Position numbers and translations under genes: made by a program
Notes under the pieces: generated by a model
What the model saw: only the letters and a program-made list of their open reading frames with translations
Database searches by the model: none
Told to the model about the DNA's origin: nothing
NCBI RefSeq assembly: GCF_964204645.1
Contig: NC_134029.1
Location: 2,914,001-2,978,000 of the forward strand
Length of the DNA: 64,000 nucleotides
Origin: Tubulanus polymorphus
Lineage: Eukaryota > Animalia > Nemertea
Reading direction: 5' to 3'
Part shown: one piece after another, positions 11,901 to 25,600 of the stretch
Layout of the letters: every line of letters starts with the position of its first letter
Numbering within the stretch: position 1 is the first letter of the stretch

Positions 11901-14900
11901 CAATATGGCAAATACTGTAGAAAGTGGATATTTTAGCCAATATGACAATATTCAATTGGCAAAATATCCACTTCTATCGATGGTCTTCTTCACGTTGGGT
12001 CTGGATCATAGACGTTTACTTACTGTAGTCATACTGTAATGACAGCTGTAATTTTGGCCACAGTTTTATCAATGCAAATGAAGCGTAATGATGTACGTCA
12101 TATGTATTAAACATACGATATTCATGACCTGAAAATAATGATAATAATTAAGACAAATCAAGATAAAGTACCTGGTACATGAATGACCAAATGACTTTAG
12201 GAAACTCTTTATTTGTAGTTAAGATTACCTTCAAGATATGCAAACTTCCCGTAATCCTGCCAGACGTCAGGTATTGACTGGCCTTCAGCAAGATGGAAAT
12301 CTTTCGGGTTCAAAGGATCGACCCAGACGCTGCCCCCATCACTGACGAAATATAGTTCATTAAACAGAGCTGATTTGTACCAGTCAGGAAAATTCCTATA
12401 ATTTCAAATATTCAAAAGAAGTTTTTATAAATGAATCTAAAATCGAAATCGAACCATCGAAGGGAATCTGATATCATACTCATTATCGAGAACCGGTTTC
12501 TGCCAGTCTTCTATTCGTTTCACCCAGTCGCGGTAGTTATTAAGAGTATGAGAGGAGAGAGACGGGGAGGCATCTCCATCAGCGCTGAACCATCTCGTAT
12601 AACGCCTAGAAAATCATTCATCAAATATCAGTTATGCCGTGAATATCAACTAAAATCTCCTCGATGAATCAGCTAAATACCGTACCTTTTGTAAGTCACT
12701 TCCCTTGAATGAAAGTGAATTAGAGGCATATCCCACGTGAGACTGAATTCTAAATCTTCGGTTGAATTTCCAGCAACGGAACACTTACAGCAAACAGCAG
12801 TAGCAATTTCTTTACCTTTTCTCGTCGGTTCACTCGGTTCTGTAAACATACGTATAAAAAACAATCAAAAAAGTTCCAAAAAAGTTCAAACCAAATTCCG
12901 ATTCTCTTTCCGGGAGTTTTAACAAACCATTTAATGAGTTAAGTTTGCCGTCTTCCATTAAATCCGTCCACAATTCCTCCCCGGATCCATTGGGATCAAA
13001 CGCTACTAGATAGCTTACATCTTTACCATCCTGTAATTGAACATGTTCACCTGACATGACCGAGCTTATGAAAATAATGAATAAGCCCACAATGATCACA
13101 TATCAAAGATGGTTAATCCGAGTTTCTAAATCCCATCTTCTAAGAAACAGTAACGAATGTCATTTCTTTAAATATAAAAAGTCACAGAGAATAAAACCGT
13201 TTATCAGAAACGTTAATGAAGCTTGTACCATGAAGATAATAAATGATAATTGATAATTGAGCAGGTATGGTGCAGTGACAACTCACCCGGGCAGCTGCAG
13301 ATATTGCGTATGTACACTTCATTTCATGAAATGACTGATGAATCATAACTCCGGTTAGAGTTCCATCGTCTGCCGTAAACGGTTCATTCCAAACTCCTCC
13401 GCATTTATCCATTTTCGATCCCTGTCCGTTCTTAAAAGTGAATGTGATGCTGACTTCGACGGGTTCGGCATTTCGGTTCTTGACGTGCCAAATGAAAGCA
13501 GCAGCCGGTAGACATGATTCCTACAATTGAGAAACATTTAGTTTAAGTCCTAATCCTAAAACATTTAAATTCCTCGAGGATCTTGTACCACAATGTTTTC
13601 AGTCACATGTTCAATATCAATCATCTGGGCCTGGTTTCACGAAAAAGTTTAAGCTTAAAACGGTTTAGGTTGAATTGTTATCCTCATTGAAAACATGAAG
13701 GAACCAATGGCAATTACACCAAAAATTTGAGTTTAACTTCTTTGTGAAACTGGGCCCTGCAAATTCTAAGATGCCACAATCAATCCCTGCTAGTCTTCCC
13801 TATGTAAATCTAGTCTCAGCCAGGCATACAGCCTTTTCACACTCTGCCCCAGTGGAATATATATCTAGTCCAATCGAAACTAGTCCATCAATCGATGTTT
13901 CAAAAGCAAATCTCAAAAAACCAATTTGTTCATCAAAGCTTTCAAACGAAACAATATTTTCATCAGACGTATTTGAATCAGCTCGACGTGGTGGTTCAAC
14001 CAACCTGATAATTATGCGGTATAACTGGTGAAATCTGTTCGCAGATAATCTGTACGTTCTGTTCTGGTATTTCGTAGACGGTCCACGCGCGAGGATATAA
14101 CCCGTGATACGTTGCCCGCTGTTTAGGGAATTCCCAATTCCAGGTCTTTAACGCCGAGCCTTTACGTCGCCGTGGCGACAATACCTGCTGATACACAGTC
14201 TTACCATTCCTCCGAATACACACTATAAACTACAAATATAATAATAATAATCATTAATATCATTTTTAAAGATTAACAAACAAAACTGCTATAAGTTTCA
14301 CATTAAGTTTCCTGTGTTACACATATTTATCGATGTTTTGAGTGCATTCATTGTTTTTGTTTACCTGATTAGCTTCGACTGTATGATATTTATAGATTCC
14401 CGGAATGAGTTGAAACCGGCAGAATTCACCTCTGTAACCACGACCGATCGTTCCACAACCTATTCCACCTATCGGTACTCCTAAAATTACGGATAGACGA
14501 AAATAGGGTGAAATCACTGCAGATTTTAATGACTACAATCAAAACACTCATCCAGATCATTTCTCATAAACCAGGTGCATTTCATCGGTCTCAACTGATC
14601 CAGATTTGAGCGGGTGAGACTGTATTAGACTGTACATGTATTTGTTCCAGCTATTGAAATATAGAAGACCCACAATTTAACAATGAGAATCTATCACACT
14701 GACATTTCAGGTACGGGTAGAATATTTCTACTCATCTTTAATAGTTCTCAAATAAATCTCTGAAGAAAAGTCAGTGTAACTAATTTTGTAATTTATCACT
14801 TTATCTACAAACTGACTATTAGTCGTCTGGATCTGCATGAGGTACGTTGACAGTGACCACTTCTGCCATGAGGTCGACGAGTGAGGAACTGAGGGCTGAC

Positions 14901-15348
14901 TGTTATCTAGGTGCTTTGGAGCCTTGCTTTGAAGGCTTCAACAGATGGTGCTGTGGCAGTCTCAATTGATTTTGACCGTTATTGACAGCTTACCGTAGAT
15001 CGGCCTATGAGGTTGTAAGTTAAAATGATCGATGAATGGTTTTCTTTTCTGTCTGTATTTCTTCAACCAGAAAACACAATACCTGCAATAGAAAAGACAC
15101 CAGTTTTTGGAGCGACCCAGCAAGCAATCAGAGATCGAGAGACAGCGTTTCAGCCAATCTTACCTGACACTGAGACCGACAAAATAAGGAATTTGTTTCA
15201 AACGCGGCACCATGAATGGTCCGCATTTTCTTTTACATTCATAGTCGCATTTGACTCTCCAGCCATAGGGCGGTACTCCGTCGATCGGTTCCAACAATGA
15301 AAACTGTTCATTGTCGCCGGCAGCGACGACATCGTTACTATCGGCCAT
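8973..15348 (-). CDS. GBA2: Non-lysosomal glucosylceramidase (GH116), multi-exon
   Basis: Motifs [98 protein letters not shown] and [22 protein letters not shown]. Exons join in frame. Confidence 0.96.
13628..13756. mobile_element. Small PIF/Harbinger-like MITE (family A) in a GBA2 intron
   Basis: Imperfect TIRs GGCCTGGTTTCACGAAAAAGTT / AACTTCTTTGTGAAACTGGGCC, flanked by CTG...CTG (3-bp TSD). Related copies at 23170-23277 and 32038-32166. Confidence 0.7.
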
Positions 15349-15538
15349 TCTATAATAAAAACATTCACAAACACGTATCTTAGACGTAAAGAAAGAAACT
15401 GATAATCGAATCTGACAGCAAGCAGATGAATACAGAAAACAAACTTTTAGTTTGAATGAATTGAATTACTGCTGGACTTTCTTGTTTTTTGTTAACTACA
15501 AAGCTTTATCTAATCGATGATCGGAAACTAAAAGCTGC

Positions 15539-15745
15539 GGTAAAAGTGCAGATCCGCACCTCTCGTGATTGACGCAATCTGCTGAATGACAGAATCCAGG
15601 CTAAAATCTTTCTAGTGAAAATATCTTTAAAATTAACCAATGGCAATGTACTGAATTGCTGAATTTTGAGTCTGAAACATTGATTGATATTTAATGTAAT
15701 GGATTGAACCGTTTACGCGGAGAGGTGCAGATCTGCACTTTTACC
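15539..15745. mobile_element. 207-bp non-autonomous DNA transposon (Merlin-like MITE)
   Basis: 26-bp TIR GGTAAAAGTGCAGATCYGCACCTCTC (1 mismatch). Perfect 8-bp direct repeats AAAGCTGC at 15531-15538 and 15746-15753. Confidence 0.85.
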
Positions 15746-15978
15746 AAAGCTGCTTCTATCCTGAACGATTATTACAAAAATAGAAATAAAGGTGGAAACA
15801 AGAATTAGGGAGGACATTCAACCTGTGTTTGTTGACGCCGGCCGGCGATGTACTCGTCCTCTGCCCGGGCAAGTTTTTACTGAATAAACTTTAATTGAGT
15901 TAGATTGAATTGTGAGGGCGCTGCTATTCTGGAAATCTTCAAGGTTATCTTTCTTCATCGCGCGCTGAAGTCGTCAAA

Positions 15979-16776
15979 ATGCTCGCCAGGGTTGGAACAA
16001 TCACCAGATTGGGTTCATCTGTTATTCGTGAGTATTTCTACGATGTATAACGTGATATTTTGTGTTTGGTTTAAGTTTGAAACCGTCCGGAAAACCGACA
16101 TCATCAGGGGTCACGTTCTGTCAAGTCAAATTCAATCAAACTTTATTCCATTGGGCATTGACGTTCTTTCTGTCATGGTAAAATTCCTAAGTCATTCTAA
16201 CCCCTGGCCTATACGAGATTCTTAATCCAAAATTTACTGATTTTTTGAAATTGTTTTTCAGGTAGTCAAGCTGTAAGATGTATGAGTGGTGGTCATACTC
16301 CAGCTCACTGGAAAACTGAAAAAGAACTTGATATGATCAATAAAGTTCACATGGATTTCTACCCAGTGCCGGCCGGCTCGTGGCAAGAAAATTACAACAA
16401 ACGCAACAGAAAGATGAACTTGCAAATGGCAGGGGCGACAGCATTCCTTGTTGGCACGCTAGGTTTGGTACGTATTCAGGCCTTCAGAGGCGCCAAGAGA
16501 CAAACTTAACTGACAGCTGGTGAAGCATGGTCCAGTTAGTTGCACAGTGGTGAAATGAATTATAAAAGTGGTCTGAAATCATAAAATTGGTCTGAGATTA
16601 TAAACCCGATTACCCAGTTGCAATCAGTCGTGATGAAAGTCCTCTTAAATCATAGAATAACTGACATGGAGTTTTATTTTTATTTTCAGATGGTCAGCAG
16701 GGAGTGTTTCGATTTCAGTGAAATCACCGACGTCACCAAAGTGAAACTCTCCGGTCCTGGATTGAAATATGAATAA
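15979..16776 (+). CDS. Small mitochondrial single-pass protein, Deltameth_res/prag01 family (COX7B-like), 113 aa, 3 exons
   Basis: Exons 15979-16027, 16262-16467 and 16690-16776. Arg/Ser-rich presequence MLARVGTITRLGSSVIRSQAVRCMSGGH, motif MDFYPVPAGSWQENYNKRN, then one hydrophobic helix. Confidence 0.8.
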
Positions 16777-17705
16777 CAATTGAAACGAAATAGATAAATT
16801 TAGACAGATTTTATAAAGTAATTGATTAACCATAGGAATTTTAATCAAGGCGCCGTGTGCAGTGTGGAATGTATTATATATATATATAGAACAAACTGAT
16901 TAATGTTGAACTTAAAAAACTCAAGGAAATCTATCTACATGCAAATTCTTTTTCGACTATTTTGCTGCTTTTGTTTTTACTAACGATTCTATGCAAAATA
17001 GAAATAATTCATTCATTAGATTCATTCCTTCATTCAGTGTTATATTACTTATCTAAAGTGTTCTACATGAAGTAAACCTCATATTGTCAGTTTATGTTGA
17101 AATACAAATGTCAATCAAAAAGACTATTGAGTTTATTGTAGTTTGTAGAGGAGCAGGTGTTTGTTCCAAGGTTTTTAAAGCAATTGAAATCAATTAAGAT
17201 CGATCAATCAGTATTGCGAGTCTTTTATATAGTTAAGGAACAACTTTTGTTATTTTATCAAGTCTGGCCAGTTCTTCAAGATGGATGCACTATCACATCA
17301 AGAACTTTCCACCATTCGTCCAAATGTCCATTTAACTTCGGAAGAAAGTGATGGGGGTTTTTCCACATTCATATTTTCTCATGAAAATATATGAGAAATG
17401 GAATGAAAAAATGGAAGTTTTGTCACTTAAAAGAATAATCATTCAAAAATGTAAATAAATCGGCGATCAGGGCCGTGACAAATTATTTCCAAAAAGTAGT
17501 ACTGGAGCTCTTTATATTAGACCTGCTACAACCATAAATAAATTCAACAATAGATACGGTACTGGTGATTTGATCACTTTTATTTTTAGGGTACAAATAA
17601 CATTAATTCTTTTTTGCTATCATGTTCTATATATATATATATTCGATCATTGAGGGACAACACAATTTAAACAGTTTACATGAGATGATTTTAGTTGTTT
17701 CTCAA

Positions 17706-20704
17706 TCAAGATGCAGCATCTCTTGTAAGGAATAGATTAGGATAAAATCGTAAACCTTCCACTGATTCATCTCGACATAATTTACCGCATCTTTCCGTTA
17801 CCAGTAATCTGAAAATACAACAGATGGATCTGCAGTAGGTATTAAATCTCTCAAGAGACTTATTGTGGTAATAGATGAATCATCTCAATATTCATCGATG
17901 AGTATATCAGATCATGGTTCTAGCAGATCAGGGAATCCATAATTCGTCCCTGAATTTCCCTCTGACCCTAGAACAAACACTCTTGATTTAATTATAAGAT
18001 ACACTCACCGGCAAGAATTCAAATCCATGAATTTTCTAGGATTTTCAAGAAATGTGTTTAGTCAGAATTCCCTGCAGGGAAGAGTAAATCTGGATTTCCC
18101 TGATCTGTAAGAACTCTGTGTTACCTGGTAGATAGATTTACCTTTGTTTAGCAAGTATAACTGAAACACCAATAACTTGAGCAAATTCATTTGCGGTCAA
18201 TGAACCAGTTTGTTCAACCTGAAAATAGTAAAATGTTTGCCGTTACATTTGAGACTCATTCTCCAAAACTAAATTATGTTCAATTAAGGTTCATCTCAGC
18301 AAGCAATTTATCATGTTATTCTATACTTACGAGTTCAAAGCATTGTTTAATGATTTCCTGTTCATTCTGTGAACTGAGTTGTAAAACCATCACACCACTA
18401 TCAAACGCTCGTAATCTGTGAAATAATCAATTCTGAATCATATCGTTTTTCCCTCGAGTCAACTCCTTCAGACATCTTTCATACGAAAGTGAATACTTCC
18501 TTTAGTTACCTGACTGATAGATTTAATTCTTCGAATAATCGACAAGCATTCACTAGATCTTCAGGAGACAATAACTTAAACATAAAACAAAAATATTGAA
18601 ATAAACTTAGCATAAATTGTTAAGCTGTTATCCCCTATGAATGCTGGACCAGTTTCGTTTCACAAAGAGGTTTCCCTATCTATTCCATTTCTTAATTTTG
18701 AGTATATCAATCTCCTGTGAACTGGGTGTTCAGATCCGGTACATAGTTTTTTCTGCGTATCGGATTTTAAAGGAATGATGAAATAAATACCTGCATTCCT
18801 CGTGCTCTATTCACTCTGCAATATGCATCAGTTAAAGTCATCATCCCGCCACATTCCTGGAAATAGAATAAACTGCTGAACATGGCGAAATAAAACACTG
18901 GTCGGCCGAATGAACAATCCCACGGTGAAAGCTTGTAGTCAGCCAGCAATTCCTGGAAAATTCCAGATACAGCATCCAGGCTCATTTAATAGCTGGTTAT
19001 GTGGGCTACCATTTTTCTTAAAGTTGGACATTTTGAAATATCATCATCTTCATTTTCATTTACCAAATACACCAGAGTTCATCTACAACTACAACTGTGG
19101 GATTGTTCATCATCTAGCACACTGAAATTAATACATCAGATTATCTGTGATAAAAACAACATATTGAAATGCAAACAACTTTCCAAACCTGAATAGGTTG
19201 TTGTAAAACCTCGGCAAGCTGTCGAGCTAGTTCTGAATAGTATTTATTACCAGTTCCGTGAGTTTCACGTGTAACAGGATCAGGTATACCCATACTCAAT
19301 AAATATGACTTAAACTTGATTGTTTCATCTTCTGTTATATCTCCTTTTTTCAGGCGAATTTTCTCAGCAATTGACTTCGATAAATTCACCATATCTTTAG
19401 CCTGCAATAGATCTCAATGATGATTATATATCCTAAATAGAAGGTCAAATTAAACCGACTGATTCACTTACTTTCTCGATCAGTTTACTCAAATCTTCAA
19501 AGGCGAGTGAAATATTTTGGTCGGTCGCTTTATTTTTCAGTTGAATATTGCGTTCAATTCCTACGATTCCGGTACGAATTATGCGACCCTGAAATAACAG
19601 ACATCATTCTATCAGAAACCGACAGAGATACGGAATGAGAAAATGTAAAACTTCATATCTCACTGTCGTTGGTTTTGTTGGAGTCGGTAACTTATGTTCC
19701 CATCTTCTTTGTTTTAATTCTTCTTGTAAACATCTCATGAACTGAAAATGAAGGTGGAATCATTTATCAATCGCTTTTTACCACATCATTTCTTATCCTC
19801 GAGCTGTATCAATTTACAACCAAGAACCACCCCTTCATTCTGGAACTATCCCCTTCAGACGTATCAGTTTTTGAAAGTGCGCTGATAAATATGTCTTATA
19901 TCTGGTGTTATTAGTTCATTTGAAATCAAAAATGATTCAGATATGAAGTTTGGACATTCTAAATTTGAAGAATAGTGATAATGTATCAAATGTCAGAGAG
20001 GGTACAGAGCTCTAATCATGTATTAAATTGTTATATTCACCTCCACTTGCCCAGCCTCTCGAAAACTGGTTCGAACAAATGAACTAGAACTGTGAGTTAC
20101 AGGTCCTTGAGGTCTGTTTGCTGGTACAGGACTCAAGTGAATTACTATCTTTGCACTGAAAACATTTTGAATAAACAAATAGGCCTAGTTAATTCATTCA
20201 AGGAGCGTTACAATCAATCAATAGGCCTAGGCCTACCTTTTAGCAAATCCTGAAGGTTGTTCTTCCACATAGATTATCTGTGATAACGATATAGCTATAA
20301 TACATGTCTGAAAGAGAAGCAAATTAGCCAATTACAGTAGGCCTGATTAAAACTAGATACTAAACCAAGGGATTATCCCTTCTCTGACACCCGATCTATC
20401 ATCTACCTGATCTTTAGAATCCTTCCATAACAATCTATGAGTTGTTAAAATCAAAACACCACAATCGAATTCTGTCTAAAAAAATGAATATGATAAGGGT
20501 AAAAATTTTGGCCAAAATTTCTATAATTCACTTAATTAATCTGCTAATTCAATAATTAATTGTGACTGCCGAGGAGAGAACTCAAATGTTACTATTTTTA
20601 CTAACTCGTTCATTGCCGTCATAAAGTCGAACACCAGACTGCTGAATGACATTCGTCTCTCCAATATTACCACCAGTAACATCTACCCAGATAAACCTAT
20701 CCAT
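17706..20704 (-). CDS. VPS36: ESCRT-II subunit VPS36 (EAP45), multi-exon
   Basis: [23 protein letters not shown] (GLUE domain), [78 protein letters not shown]. Confidence 0.95.
17913..18118. mobile_element. Degenerate ~200-bp TIR element in the last VPS36 intron
   Basis: GTTCTAGCAGATCAGGGAATCCA at 17917 is the imperfect reverse complement of TGGATTTCCCTGATCTGTAAGAAC at 18091. Confidence 0.55.
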
Positions 20705-20803
20705 GAAACGAGTAGTCTGAATACCAGTCGTTGTTACGGTTCCGTTGTTTCAGGGACAACGGCTAGGTACTAGACTATGAAACGAGCTGTCAGATCCATT
20801 TAG

Positions 20804-22261
20804 GTCTGTCTGCAGAGTTTCCAGAACCTGTCATGTCAGGGCCCAAGACCTGACATGACAGGTGGGACCTCAGGTGACAGGTCGATTTGCTAAAATGAAA
20901 ATCGTTATGACTGAACCGATGATAGGCGATTAGAAGATATGATAGGCGCGGATTTAGAACAAATGATACAGCCGATAAGAAACAAAAAGAACATATCTTA
21001 GTGCTTTCTGAATATATTATTCAAAAAACAAACTATGATGTGTTATGAATTCATTTAAGAATTTATGTTTGTCCGTTTATAAAAAGTTGTTGAACTATAT
21101 CGCCTTGTAAAGATGCAATGATGGTGAATTATTTGAGAACATTGAAAGAATTTTTTACAATTAATTTATTTTTTTGTAACATGAAACATGAAAATATCAA
21201 GATCAGGCAATGATACTAGTAGTGCCTTATGTAATCATAATCAGCATTAATAACAATCATTATACCGGTACTCATTATGATTACAGATTAGGCCCTATAT
21301 TATTATATATTATTATTAATTACTCGCACTATAATTAATTCACCAAGTGCACATACAATTTAAAAACATTTCAGTCCAAGCTTATAAGTTGACATAGATA
21401 AATTAGACATAACACTGATAAATTAGTGAGACCTCACACGGCAACGCGCGCCATTTTGCAGAGCTTCGGGACCTGTGGTGACAGGTCTGCACTAAAACTG
21501 ATGAAATGGAAAAAAACTTTACTTTTTATAACCTTTATATAGTAAAGAGTATAATATAAATTGCTAACCATAGATAGAGTTAATCTTAAGTTACTATAAA
21601 ACAATAATTATGAAGCGAGACCTGACACGGCAGCTCGCGCCATTTTGCAGAGCTTCTCGGGACCTGTGGTGACAGGTCTGCACTAAAACTGATGAAATGG
21701 AAAAAACTTTACTTTTTATAACCTTTATATAGTAAAGAGTATAATATAAATTCTCAATAAAATCAGTCTCTATATTGCATTCGGCTCTTTTACATGTACA
21801 TCATAAAGACAATGAATATAAATAGTGAGACTTCGACAGTGAGGAGTGATGCCGGCGAACTGTGATAGTGAGCAGATATTTTTCAGTGTCTTATTGCGGA
21901 AACGAAATATCAAGACCTCGATTCAGCTATCGAAAATATTCCCTTACTTCTACATTAATTAATTCATCTATGCCTGAAACTTATTTTTTTCCTTTAATAC
22001 AGAAATAAGTCATTTTACACATAAATATTTTCTTCTTATAAATCAACCTTTCAAATGAATTATTAGTCAGAACATTTTCCTTATCGTTATTGTTGAATCA
22101 TTTTCGATATTTACGACGGATCAGAATATTCATTCAACTCAAAATGTTCTTTCATTCGTCTAGCACATGCCTAGATATTTCGCCGTTTCGTCAAATATTG
22201 TTGTGAGTTTGGGTTGTTTCGGGACCTGACATGACAGGTTCTGGAAACTCTGCAGACAGAC
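20804..22261. mobile_element. 1.46-kb non-coding TIR element between VPS36 and EFL1
   Basis: Perfect 37-bp inverted termini GTCTGTCTGCAGAGTTTCCAGAACCTGTCATGTCAGG (20804-20840 and 22225-22261). AT-rich interior without long ORFs; internal ~135-bp direct duplication. Confidence 0.85.
21429..21752 (+). repeat. ~135-bp direct duplication inside the TIR element
   Basis: AGACCT.ACACGGCA..CGCGCCATTTTGCAGAGCTTC..GGGACCTGTGGTGACAGGTCTGCACTAAAACTGATG...TAATATAAATT at about 21429-21562 and 21617-21752. Confidence 0.9.
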
Positions 22262-22693
22262 ATCATTCTGCTCAAATTCAATTATATTTTATTGAACCGT
22301 ATGTTTCACATGCGGAATAGATAAGTGTAAAATTTAAATGAAAATAGACTGATTCAAACTTCATTTACCGCATCATTAAACAGTTTAATCCCCATGTATT
22401 TGCCCCCTTCAGTCACACAGTTACTTTTAGTGATTCTCCTAGCCTTTTAGGCTAAATCGCCGCCTTAATTGATACTTTCGTTTTTTCAACCTCTTGCCAT
22501 GCTCACTACGACACTAGTCACTGGTCCATGAACCGTGAGCAAGAACCATTTATTTTTTATTTGCTTCTTTCGCCATCCTGAACTAACAAATACCTTAGCT
22601 GATACAACGTCGAGTGAGGTGTTCTGGTTTACTTCATCCGTTCATGATATCTATCATCATTATAGATCTGTGAGGCGTATGAAATAAAAAGAA

Positions 22694-25600
22694 ATGCCTT
22701 CCGCCACTCCGCAGCAGTTGGCACAAATTCAAGCGAGACCTGAAAATATTCGAAATTTATGTATATTGGCTCATGTCGATCATGGTAAGTAAGCTTACCG
22801 ATCAGTACCACGCTGTGACGGAGTAGATCAGTCGCGGGTGTGTCTCAGTCAATCATTCTCTTCTTGCCACTAGGGTAAAAGAAAGCGTTAAACGTGTTTA
22901 TGGTGATATTTGCGTTCCAGGTAAAACGACACTGGCTGATACTCTTGTCGCTAGTAATGGTATAATATCACATCGTTTAGCCGGTAAATTGCGTTATCTC
23001 GACAGTAGAGAAGATGAACAGATTCGTGGAATCACTATGAAATCTAGTGCTATATCATTGATTTATACTGAAGGTAGGTAACAGTCGGTTCTTGGGCCAA
23101 GTTAAGAAGCGTCTAAAAGGACGATAGGGAAGGATTTTAAAATGAGGAGGGTTGACTATGAATGGGAAAGGCCTGTTTCATGAAGAAGTTTAAGCCTAAA
23201 ACGGTGAAGTTTGAATTTTTGTCCTCGATGAAAACATGAAGTAACCACTGGCAAAAACTTTTTTGTGAAACCGGGCCTTGGGGCCAGTTGCTCAAAAGTA
23301 AGTTACAGTTAACCAGCGGATAGTTGACATAGTGACAATTAAAAGTTCATTGTTACCATGGTATTTATCCGCCAGTTATTTTAACCAACTTAAGAGCAAC
23401 TGGCCCCAGAGCGATAGCTTTAGACGCGAAGCAATAATAAGGGGTATGAAAAGTAAGATGCAATCTTAAGGCATCAAAATCTCTTGGAAAATATTTCAAT
23501 CAACTTGTTTGTCTGATATCAGCAATTTTCAGAAGGGAATTCAGTCACAATAGAGTAGGTTCAAGTCACTGAATGACTTCTTATTAAACTGTCTTCCAGA
23601 TGATCAGCCATATTTAATCAATTTGATTGATTCACCCGGACATGTTGATTTCTCTAGTGAAGTGTCGACTGCTGTTAGATTATGCGATGGTGCTATCGTG
23701 TTGGTCGATGTCGTAGAAGGAGTTTGTCCCCAGGTAATGTCGATCGAAGATTTCAGTTGGTTTTTTTTTAAGTGAGGTAATTTGTATAAATGTCATATTT
23801 CTTGTAGACTCATGTGGTTTTGCGTCAGGCCTGGTTAGAGAATATTAAACCGGTTTTAGTGCTCAATAAAATTGATCGATTGATTAATGAGTTAAAGATG
23901 ACTCCGCAAGAGGCTTATCTACACCTTCAACAGGTGCTAGAACAGGTACAACTAAAAACAGATACGACGTATCTAACTTTTAAAATTTGTCATTGAAATT
24001 CACAGTCATTTACTATGAACAGCCCCTGTACATCAAACTGGTATTCTAGTAATGCCCTGTTGAGGTTTCAGTGTTTTGATATTTGTAGGTGAATGCTGTT
24101 ACCGGAGAATTATTTGCATCACATGTTTTTGCGAAGAGCGCTGCTGTAAGTGACAACGGTCTTTTTACTCTCATGTATAGTTTTTTGATTCTAGTAATTA
24201 CAGAAGACTCGGAGTCGATTGCCTCGAATTGCCTCGAATCTATTGGTCCCGCGAGATCTGAGGCAAGTATGCAGTCTACTGTGATGAGATTTACTCTTTT
24301 TATTCTCAGGAAGCGAGTGAAACTAATGGAAGCTCGTCACAGATCGGAGTTACTCCGGATGCCGAACAGATTTATGACTGGAGCGTCGGGTTGGAGGAAA
24401 CCGATGACTCTCATTTATATTTCTCTCCAGATCAGGGAAATGTTGTCTTCGCTTGTGCTTACGATGGATGGGGTTTCGGGTACGAAAAATATCGGTTTAT
24501 GTCTTCATGGTGGCCACTTAACTGAAAATCAAAGAATCAAAGTCAGGGAATTTTCTTTTCTTTAAAAAGTTTTAGGAATTAGGGAAAAGCAAGTCAGATA
24601 AATGGCCACCCTATTCTTCTATCAGATATCGGAATTTTAAAAATGGCCATTTGTTTGTGAATTTATTTGTGAATTATTTCAGTATTGAACATTTCGCTGA
24701 GTTGTATGCTAGTAAACTAGGTATCAAATCAGCTGTCCTACGTCAAACATTGTGGGGTGATTTCTACTTGAATATGAAATCAAAACGAATCATGAAAGGA
24801 GCTCAGGTGACTCTAGTTGATATTATTCTTAATCTTGTCTTCGGTTACCATCAACCTATTCACTAATTATCTGAATGTTTTTCTGTTGTTTCAGGCGAAA
24901 GGAAAGAAACCATTATTTGTACAATTCGTGCTCGACAACCTGTGGGCTGTCTACGATGCAGTTAACAACCAGTAAATGAACTGAAAATTTTGATAACTTG
25001 TCACTAATTTGACTATCGTCGGTTTTCATGAAGTGAATGTACAATCGTATTTTAGGGATAAAGAGAAAGTGGAGAAAATCGTGAAATCTTTGAATCTGAA
25101 AATCCCTGCGCGTGACCTGAAATTCACTGATGTGAGAACGTGTGTACAAGCTATATGTAGACCATGGCTTCCTTTGTCCAACGCTATCTTGTGTAAGTTC
25201 ACCATCTTTTAAAGCGTGTTGATAATGCGAGTAAAGTTTGTATTTCATCATACAAATGTTTTTTCGTTTCTAGCAATGGTTATACGGAAATTACCGAGTC
25301 CTCTGGAAATAGTCGGTGATCGGGTTGATAAACTACTGTCGAGTAGAGGTCGCAGTCTGCAGTCACTTCCTCCTGAAACACAGAAACTCAAACAAAGTAA
25401 TTTTTCTTTCAGTTTGAATCTCAGTTTTTGGTATATTTGGTAAGGTATTATGTCGGTGTATTCTCTGTGAAATCCCACTTTCAGAGATACAGTCTTACTG
25501 TTTCTTTGAAGATGAGATTTAGATATTGAATTAGTCAGATGAATAAACTTTGGAATATCGTCGCTACGAGATTATACCGTGTTGTGATGATTGATGTTTT

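Noticed and set aside
16629-16665. GTGATGA...CTGA C/D-like pair in the prag01 intron
   Set aside because: The span is only about 35 nt, too short for a snoRNA.
24204-24262. Possible cassette exon in an EFL1 intron (CAG|...AG|GCAAGT)
   Set aside because: It is 59 nt (frame-shifting) with a GC donor, and the flanking exons join in frame without it.
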